From positions 5,528,845 to 5,592,844 of the forward strand of contig SMSO01000014.1 of assembly GCA_004764695.1 (NCBI GenBank): a DNA stretch of 64,000 bases. Direction: 5' to 3'. The notes under the pieces are model-generated. The model was not told the origin of the DNA and did no database searches. It saw nothing but the letters and a program-made list of their open reading frames with translations. The position numbers and the translations under genes are program-made. Each line of letters begins with the position of its first letter. Positions within the stretch are counted from its first letter, which is position 1. This DNA is from Schizochytrium sp. TIO01 (Eukaryota > Protista > Bigyra: Labyrinthulomycetes). Shown in pieces: positions 55,352-64,000 of the stretch.

Positions 55352-56431
55352 TCAGACAACAGTAGACTTCTTTTTCTTTTGCCTACGCATGGTAGTCTTT
55401 TCGCGCTTGAAAGTGGCCTTTTTAATCTTTGCGATTTCGCGCTCCATTTGGAGAGCAGCAGCATCTTCGTCAAAGGACCGAAGCACAGCAGATGCACGCG
55501 GGTTCTCCGTCTTTTCGAACTCGAGTGAGCGAAGAAATTGAACAGTAGCCTCATCGAAAACAATGGGGGCATTCTCGTCCTCCTCGAGAGTCTGATCTGC
55601 ACTAGCTGCGGACTGCTCGAGACGCGAATCCTCGTCATCCTCAGTGCTGGGCATGTTTAAGTTCTTGTGATGATGTCTGGGCTCACTTTGGCCTTGCATA
55701 GGCAACTGCTTTTTACTCTTGGACGTCTTGCTCTTGCTTGATTTAGTACTCATTGTACTTGTAGTGCTTTCTTTGCGATGCTTCCTAGAGTTGTTGTTAA
55801 AGGTGCTCGATTTGCTCATGGTACTAAACATGCTGTCATTGCGCTGCTTTTTAGACTTGCTGGATGAGGTCGCAGAGCTTAGAGTGCTTGTTAGGCTGTC
55901 CTTGCGGGAGTAAGACTCGCTGTATGCGCTTCCATTTTCAGCAAGTTCACTGTCCTCATCCTCAAGAATCTGATTCGTACTGCTACTGCAACTGCTCATA
56001 CTGCGCGAGTTGGAGATTCTGTAGCTGCTGCCTCCATAGAAGTAATCATCCTCATCAAACTGGTCTGCTGCATCTTCCTCCGCAATGCTGTCAAAGCATT
56101 CATCAGACTCGAGGTCGCCTTCGACATAGAGGTGATTCTCATAGTAGTACCCCCCTTCGCGGGATTTGTTGAAAATATCCTCAAAATCTACATGAGAAGG
56201 GTCCGATGCCTTTGTGGAGCGAGTGGCTGAGGATGCCGACGTGGCGGAGCTGCTGCGTCTCGATCTAGACGTGAATGAGCCAGCCATTCTCGTGAGTGAA
56301 AGTCTCCCGAGGGTGCGACCCAGCGTACTTTTCTTGCGCCATATGCGAGGTCCAGCGAAGGCTGCAGCAGCTGCTGCCGAAGAGGACGTGGTGGTCCTAT
56401 CTTGGGGAGGATGTACTACAGGTGCATCCAT
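55352..56431 (-). CDS. Hypothetical Ser-rich, largely disordered protein with a basic helical C-terminus, 359 aa
   Basis: ATG after an A-rich context (GCAAAAATG), 359-codon ORF, no recognised domain. Confidence 0.65.
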   Translation of the reverse strand: MDAPVVHPPQDRTTTSSSAAAAAAFAGPRIWRKKSTLGRTLGRLSLTRMAGSFTSRSRRSSSATSASSATRSTKASDPSHVDFEDIFNKSREGGYYYENHLYVEGDLESDECFDSIAEEDAADQFDEDDYFYGGSSYRISNSRSMSSCSSSTNQILEDEDSELAENGSAYSESYSRKDSLTSTLSSATSSSKSKKQRNDSMFSTMSKSSTFNNNSRKHRKESTTSTMSTKSSKSKTSKSKKQLPMQGQSEPRHHHKNLNMPSTEDDEDSRLEQSAASADQTLEEDENAPIVFDEATVQFLRSLEFEKTENPRASAVLRSFDEDAAALQMEREIAKIKKATFKREKTTMRRQKKKKSTVV

Positions 56432-59400
56432 TTTTGCAAACAGCGCTATCTCCTCAGGATCCTTATGCTATTCTAGCTACCCTTGCGGACAATATATATG
56501 AACACCGAGTTTTTCTCACAGCTACAATCGAGACCGTCCACGAGAGTAGCCTTGCTGTTCTCAATCTCACTATCGTCTATCAGATACGCTTCGCGTATCT
56601 CAGATCGAACTTCGTTTGCCTTTCCAAATAAGCAAGAAAAGGGTGAACCCGCAACCCTTGTTCTCCGAGCCACGTGCTGATGCTAGATGCTTATGACGCT
56701 TTCCCGCAAAGAAGCAAGCGCCCTTCTTCTTCGCAAGGAAAGGGGGTATGAATAGCCAGCCCCGCGATGCTTTAGTCCTCGCCCTGAGCTCCTGCAGGGT
56801 GTTCTTTGAGCGAGGGAGCAATGGCTGCAATTATTGAATTGCTTGCTCCGAGTCACACGCTCGCTTAGGGGATCCTTAGTTTTACAAATGACTATATTCC
56901 GTATTTTTTAATTCATGTTTACCTTCAAGTTTTCTTTTTATCCACTTTCTTCCCTCTCTTTCTCTTTTACTTTCTCCATTTTCGAACACAGAAACCTTTG
57001 CACTTTTCCTTTTAGGCGTATTAGCAGGTACCTATGTAATCATTATAGGTAATGAGAAAGGCTCTTCTTTCGGCCGTTTGCTCTCGTTCTTCTCCTTCTG
57101 ATAACCAGCGACTCTGAGTCTTGTTTTGAAGAGTTCCCCGCGTATTGCTCTTGAGTCTATTGTTAAAAGTTCGCAATTCTCTTTCACTGTCATCATTTTC
57201 GTTTTCATCTATTTCATTTTTATAGAAAATAAACTTGAATAATAACCTCGATAAATTATTTCTTTTTAAAAGCTCCTCGTATTCCTAATGTTTAGACTAT
57301 CCCCCTCTAGCCTCAGAATACGTAAGTTGTGAGCGTTCGCTTTTTAGCGAACTCTTCTCACGCTACTTACTGCCTTCGCTTTGCTGTTCTCTTGGTAGCG
57401 CCGGGCTCCCTGACCTGTTGCTTTCAGAGTCTCGGAGTCGCTGGCGCTCCTTTCGCAGAGTTTCCCGTTCCCTGTGCGGCACTTTCAGCATCAGCACCAG
57501 ATAATTTAAAAGAACAAAAACAAAGCACAGCAGCAGCACGTGCGTAAACATGGGTTCAAGTTGAGTTGACTTGCTTGCTTTCTGTGACAGCACAGTTCTT
57601 GGTCAGTTCAGTATGAGCCAGCCAGCTGCTCAGCCTGACTCCCTGTTCCGATAGACGTGCGTACTAGTACGGAAAAACGCAAAGGGGAGCCCTCTCGAAG
57701 AGTCCATGGCCCATTCACCTGCTCCTCCACGCAAGGCACGTGAGATGTTGAACCCAAAGAATGAAAGAGAGGCCGTGGCAGGACCTGCAGAGGCTTAGCA
57801 GTTAACAGCATATCGCCTAGCGTTTAATGCGGCACGTGCACAACCAGGCGAAAGCAAACTGAAACGCAGAACTAAAAGGAAATCGAATAATAAAAGCACT
57901 CGCAAGAGCTTGAGCTATGCATACCTATGCATATGGCATGTTTAACCTCTCTGGGCTGTCCAAGCATTGTCCAGCTTGGGTATCTTGTTATTCGAATTGA
58001 GAACTGCTGTGAAGATCCTCACTGTGTTGAAAGTTACAGAGCACGATGCGGAAATTGTGAGAGGAGGCTAACTCTGGATGGTCAACTCAGCAAAACCAAG
58101 TGATGTGAAGGTCTCACAGCATCAGGCTCTGGTGAGTCTCAAGTGCTGTGCGCTACGAGACCGCGGCGAGAGAGCCGCTAGCAAAGAGACACTTTAGAAG
58201 CAAAATAGTTGTGTTGTCCATAGTAGATTGTTGGCTGGGCTTAGAGGGTGTGCATTGCAAAAGGTTTCTCTTTTCCTCTCCAACTTTTAATCAACTCAAA
58301 TAGTTTTTAATTGAATACTAGGTAGGTACTAATAGGTACTACTGGTAAGAATAAATAAATTAGGAACTAAGGGGCTCCAGTGATTATAACTCGTCAAGTT
58401 CTTGTTTATTCATTCATTGGTTGAATCGAAGCCAAATACTCGCATCAGCGGCTTGGATTCTAGACGGGGTTGTGCAAGATCAGCGTGGGCCTGCCCAAGG
58501 CGATCCCACTCACAGGGGCCCAGGGACGTAAGGCTCGTATTTGAGGTGAGCCCACCGTCAATAAATGGAGAGCGGTGAGGAGCCCGGAAAGAGAGCCACG
58601 TGAGTCGTTCTTTGGCGGTTCTGTTACGGTTCTGATTCTATATAATTATAAAGTTCCATTAGGTCGATACCGCTCCTCGTTCGGAGGTGGTCATGACTCG
58701 TAAGCAATAATTGTGACTTTATTTCAAGAGCAACTGAAGACCTCGTTCTATATATAATCTTCTGCCCACCCACTGTTCCTAGACCCAGCGCCGTCTGTTT
58801 CGAAAGCCGGGGCTTTGATGTGCTGTGCTATCAGTCAGAATCTCGATAGTATGTTTTATGTTTTCACGTGCGGAAGGTGTTTTGAAGATCGTCATCGGAT
58901 TAATGCACCGCAGCAATGGCCACTGGCACCTATGATTGATTCATGTTTATTTTCGTAAGTAGGGCCTCCGGGGCCGCCGGTCAGGGAGCTCTCGGCGAGT
59001 CGGAAGAGAGCGTTTGTTTGCAAGCAGTAAGCAAGCTGTGTCTGGCATGTTTCACCATCGCATCAACCAAGTCGAACTTTTATCGTGCAAAAACTCACAC
59101 TACCCCCAAGTTCTGTAATAGCAAAAGTGGGCGTGTGCGCCGTCATTATTTCTCATGCTCATGGCATATGACTTTGAAGTATGATTGATTACCTCTGGTT
59201 CGAGGCCCTCGTTGGGCGAATTTGGGCAAACTTCAAGACAGAGTAAGCGGGCGAGGAAGCGAGGAAGCTTCAAGGAAAGTGTTGGAGGTCCGCTGGGGAC
59301 GAAGGAATCGCAGTCCAATGGTTCACTGCAGGCCTGATCCGGAGGTCTTGCACGCGAGGGGTATCGACCTATAAAATTTGTGAAACTTGCATTTCCTACG

Positions 59401-62237
59401 GTGAACTGGGGCTAAGGGTTGGAAAACTAACCTGCGTCTCAAAGACCATTTTTTTTAAACTCCTGTCCTTGGATAGGTAGGTAGGCTGGCATTGAATTAG
59501 TAACTGACTTTGGCTCATGCTTGGAGTGCGCAACTTCGAACATGCTTCCCTCTGTGCCTCTCGAAATATAGCGGTGAAAATATTATTGTATCATATCAAT
59601 TTAGTGCGATGTTGCTAATCGTGTCTTGTGCAATGCTATAAGACTTAGGACTACATTAGGTTTTCAATTATGAATATTCACTGTTTCCTATAACATTGGC
59701 TAGTTCTATAGTTGGATTCGAGAGATTCCAATACTTGGTAGAGTCCCATTTGGTCGAAATGATCCGGTGGAATGTGCGTATGTAAACTATTGCGTTGGTG
59801 ATAATTCCATGTCTGACATTCCCGATGCGATGCTTTTATTCATTCTTTTAGCCTTCATACCACGGATGGAAGTGGTGCATTTCCAAACTATACAATCGCG
59901 AGCAGTATCTGGTGTCTGTACGCTAGCATAGGCAATTAAAGGGTTGCATTACTCTTCTATAGCAATCTAGACCAATGCAATGGTCAATGTATAGACCAAA
60001 CGAATACGCATAGAGCTAGGCACCTGCATTTGCAAATAAATTGAGCGTCAACGCAATGCGCAGAATCGTTGCAAAGTGTGTGTCCTCGACGCCTATGTTA
60101 AGTGATGGTGCAGAGAGACTGCGTTTAGTAAGTGTCAAGCATTTACTTCTTCAAAATTTAATGCGAATCATCGCGGACTTTGCATATGATGTTGAGGTTT
60201 GCCTTGAATCTTCGTAGGCTCCACGGCCCACATGGGTCGCTACGATGATAAACCTCAAATCCCTTTTACCCCTTCGAATTCTGCTGTATATCTATAAGAC
60301 CCTTTCGAATGTTGTTTGTCAGACACGGAAGTTTGGATAATATCAATTGTCACCAAGATGGATGATGTTTGTTTGAATGGGAGGGCTATGATGCATGCGC
60401 TGCGTCTGCACGCTGCGACAGCTACTCTGCAATAACAGCAAAAACAGTATATGCAAACTTGAGAGGATCTGACCCCTTGTAAGTTCCATACAACACGCGT
60501 GAAATATGCAATGTATTGTTTTCGTTCAGTTTCAAAAGACAGGTGCAATCAGTCGTACTTAGGGCACCGTAGCGGGCAAACATGTGAAGCGTGTACACAT
60601 AAACCTGAGCAATCGGTGACCTTAAGTTTCTAATTTGTGATGGCAGTATAAGTCTTCAGTGAAATGATATCAATGATCCTTTAGATCATTATTCACATGA
60701 TCATAAACTTCGTGGTTGAGGGCCTCCTCGAATTCTGTTAAGTGAGAATCAGCACCTTGTTCGCTTTCGTCACGTTTAACGTAATTGGGAAATTTAGCCG
60801 TAGCTTTGTGCTCATGCACATTATGGCGCGTCCATCTCGAGGGTTCAAGACTGGCATACCACAGTGGACATCTATGTTATCAGCGGGATCCACCACCTTA
60901 GGCAGTCGCGCTATAGTCCAGTATGTTCGAAAACCACCGTGCGCGTCCTCAATGAAGAATTTGAGGGGATATTCTTGTTGAACTCATCGTTTCCAAGAAT
61001 TACATCCTGGAAGAATGGACCCACGAAATGGGTATTATTGCTGGATAGCAGACAGTAGCTACATATTACTTCGATAGGTATAAAGTATACTTGCAGCAGA
61101 TCGTTCATCTGGAGTAGCATATACCTACTTGTATTAAGCTCTCTTAAAATGTTTCCTGGTACCTTTCTGTTCAGGAGCTCTTTGTTGTTTTACATGATTC
61201 TTTTGATTCCTATATCTTCATCGAACACATTCCATGTTTTTACCTCGTTGGGAATCAGGTCGAACTATGTATGTGCACTAGCCTGTGCAGGTTTGACATG
61301 AGGGAGGGGGCGTGTCGAACTGGTAGTACCGGATGCGCCATTATTTTTGGGGTGCCTGTGCTGAGGCCTTTATAGATTCTGTCTTAGAAGTTGCCGGTGG
61401 ATTCCAAAGTGGAGTTAGTTCCTGCGGGATAAGTGAGCTTCTGCTCAATGCCTCAAGCGCTGGTACGCAATAATACTGCATGGCTCTTATAAAGACATCT
61501 CGACTCGTGGTGAACAGATCGCGTTTTCTTTTTGCTCTTCGTTTTGCTTCACTAACTTGATCACGTGATCGATGGATGCAGAGATGCTGCACTACGTTTT
61601 TACTCGTATTCAATATACTATAGCTCTTCCTAGATGTGTTGTTGCTCTACGCATCAATTCATGACTATTGTCTGACATAATCAAGTTAAACCACAAATTA
61701 CCATAATCAACTTGTGCTATGTGAATCTCGTTTCTATTTGAGAGTGACTACCTGCATTCCTTTCTACTATCAAGTAGTACAGTCCAAGTCATTGCGTATT
61801 GCCGGAGGATATGCACTCATTCATCGATGTATAGAGTCCTAATGTGGTAAGTTCGAAGTACGAACTCGAGTCTCGCATAAATAAACAACAAAATGCAGTT
61901 CTTCGAGAGAACTTTCGCAAATTTTAGCGATAGTATCTCCAAAGTAGATTCACAAATAAGTAGTACAGATTTCTAAGCAGTATCAATGATTGAAGTTTAT
62001 CGTCAGTCTCCTCTACTACAAAGCTCATGGATAGGCTACTGCTGCTGTATTTCTTGATTACTAACTATGATTTATTATTATTACTATGTCAGCCAGAATC
62101 AATCTTTTTGTACAGTGAGGGTAGAAACGTATCTCGCAGGTCTAGGCTGCACCGGTGTTGTTGAACCTGGACATTGGGTGATAGCGGTGCCTGCAGGATC
62201 TCAAAGCCACAGTCAGGCAATTTTCTACAGTAGCAAG

Positions 62238-62909
62238 ATGCAGGTTTTGGCCTGGATGGGCCTCTCCGAGGCAGTGGCAGTGGCGCTTGTGCTGGGCATG
62301 TGCCTCTTGGCGGCACCGCTCCCTCGCAGCATCACAGAAACTCTGCTTTCCGTGCGCCCTGGGCTCGTTATGCTGGTTGCCGCGGCCTCCACTTCGTTGG
62401 TTCCATTCGCCGAAAGCGTAAAAGGTCTCATTGACTACCAGCCTCGAAGTGGTGCGCAAGGATACGAATCTGATCCACGCTGGCAGAACCTTGTCATTAA
62501 TGTATATCGCTCTTCAATGGTGGGTGTGCTGCTGTTGAGTTTTACGATTTTCACGGTGGTCGTAAGCCGTCTCGTAAAGGCACAAGCTGCTGAAGAACGT
62601 CTTGGCAAGAATTTGATGGTGTTGGAGAAGCAGGCGAAATCTGCCTCAGAGCATTCCATGAAAATGCTCGATGAGGCCTCGCTTCAGAGCGGTGACGTAG
62701 CCAAAGATATCGCAGCCAAGCTTGAGAAGCTCATGACTGAGAACGCTCGCCTTAAACGCGAGGCTGAAGCTGCCACAAAGGAGTGTGAGGTCATTAAGGA
62801 ACAGAGTAAGGCATTTAACAGAGAACACGATCGCCTACTTGACCAAATCGCCAAGCTTGAGGCAGCTGCAGAAAAGGGAAAGCCCTCAGAGCCCAAAAAG
62901 GATCGATAA
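62238..62909 (+). CDS. BAP29/BAP31-like ER membrane protein, 223 aa
   Basis: Likely start MQVLAW at 62238 (the upstream part of the ORF looks non-coding). Three hydrophobic segments with E in TM1 and a following PLP, LEKQAKSASEH, a coiled coil with KEQSKAFNREHDRLL, and a C-terminal KKxx signal (KKDR). Confidence 0.8.
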   Translation: MQVLAWMGLSEAVAVALVLGMCLLAAPLPRSITETLLSVRPGLVMLVAAASTSLVPFAESVKGLIDYQPRSGAQGYESDPRWQNLVINVYRSSMVGVLLLSFTIFTVVVSRLVKAQAAEERLGKNLMVLEKQAKSASEHSMKMLDEASLQSGDVAKDIAAKLEKLMTENARLKREAEAATKECEVIKEQSKAFNREHDRLLDQIAKLEAAAEKGKPSEPKKDR

Positions 62910-63301
62910 ATAGGCTATGAGCTTGGCCAGTGTACCACTCGTAAACATTGATTATGACAATAACTTAAGTAAAGAATTCTAATCATGACTGTTGAGAACC
63001 TGAACTCATTCGTGAACAAACGAGATCAAGAAACATGCGTTAAAAATAAATTCATGATACAGAGTCAGCCTACACGATTTTACTGCCAGGTACAGATTTG
63101 TAAGATAGCCTTTGTACGCTATGCACATCACCTTGCTATAAATTAAATAAATAAAAAATAAAAAATAAAGACTTTTGTATCCTTCTTTATTAGTCTAGTA
63201 TGATACATAAAGAGCAAGTGTGAATGGAAAAGGCATTACTAGAAAATCTTGGTCGTCCTCACACTACTTCCTTCTAATATTCTAAATCCAATGTAGCAAA
63301 G

Positions 63302-64000
63302 CTAAGATGAAACTGTAGCAGCCCCGGTAACCGCATCAATTTTAATATCAAGTTGCTTGTCTAGAAAGGACTCGATACGACCTAAGCCGAGTTTATTTTT
63401 AACCGACATTTTGCGAAGTGCCTCATTAAAAAATCGTGTACCAGGGTTTGAATTAAGCTTGACCGTGAGAGATGGATCTTTGGCGCCAGACTCCCTTGCG
63501 TGCTCTTTGGCAAGCGTCGCCAAGACGTTGCCAAACTGAGCGGTGAGCATCGGACTTTGGAGAGATATGACTTCCATCTCAACCAACTTTTTGTCTTGAG
63601 TAGACCTCACTAGCCGCGGTACACTCACGGGGGGGCTCTGACAAGAAGCATATAGGAAGGGTACAGGCGAAACAAGTTGGGGGCACTCATGAAGTCCCCC
63701 ACGTCGGACAACGCGGTTCAGTAGAACGTTATACAAGCCATGGACGGCGGAGGAGCCCACAAACCCTAATAAGGACCGCGATTCATCATCAAGGCCACCC
63801 ATGCTCGAAGATCGTGCAAGCTGAGTGTTGGTTGTAGCGCTAACACCTCTACTAGCTGTAGCGGATCTTGAATAAGCGCGCAGTTCATCTTGCAAATCCG
63901 GATCGATTGTCGAGACAGTGCGCTCCAATGAACTATCAAGAGGGCATTCAAATGGAACTTGACAGCGTGATAGCTGGCTTCGTAGGCTAGCTGAAGACCG
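63302..64000 (-). CDS. DONSON: DONSON (downstream neighbor of Son) homolog, 5'-partial
   Basis: Frame is open to the window edge: RSSASLRSQLSRCQVPFECPL (cf. STRGLR..L....F..PL), SLLGFVGSSAVHGLYNVLLN, PQLVSPVPFLYAS. Confidence 0.75.
   Translation of the reverse strand, partial: RSSASLRSQLSRCQVPFECPLDSSLERTVSTIDPDLQDELRAYSRSATASRGVSATTNTQLARSSSMGGLDDESRSLLGFVGSSAVHGLYNVLLNRVVRRGGLHECPQLVSPVPFLYASCQSPPVSVPRLVRSTQDKKLVEMEVISLQSPMLTAQFGNVLATLAKEHARESGAKDPSLTVKLNSNPGTRFFNEALRKMSVKNKLGLGRIESFLDKQLDIKIDAVTGAATVSS

Noticed and set aside
62067-62237. N-terminal extension MIYYYYY... of the BAP31-like ORF
   Set aside because: Derives from a (TAT)n tract and lies upstream of an acceptor-like TTTTCTACAG; the family-like sequence starts at ATG 62238.

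Overview
Eukaryotic, intron-poor, gene-dense DNA with microsatellite-rich intergenic regions. Gene content and style suggest a flagellated stramenopile, probably a thraustochytrid/labyrinthulomycete (inference). About 16 protein-coding genes, in order: 3' part of an outer-arm axonemal dynein heavy chain; a ~2,900-aa polycystin-1-like REJ/GPS receptor split by two +1 frame changes; a transportin-3/importin-13-like karyopherin; a CBM20-TPS-TPP protein with degenerate active sites; a 3-exon SERGT1/HPAT-like glycosyltransferase; a GH3 beta-xylosidase; NIP7; a small ER-lumen protein; a probable HAUS2 (augmin) subunit; an SCPx-type thiolase; VPS72/YL1; a coiled-coil plus discoidin-like protein; an Hsp70-like/C2 fusion; a Ser-rich hypothetical protein; a BAP31-like protein; and the 3' end of DONSON. 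There is also a decayed Ulp1-protease relic, probably transposon-derived. I found no rRNA, tRNA or CRISPR array, and no convincing multi-gene novel system. The best leads are single-gene oddities: the Hsp70-like/C2 fusion, the doubly frameshifted 5-TM PKD1-like receptor, and the CBM20 pseudo-TPS. All family assignments rest on motif recognition by eye, not database searches.
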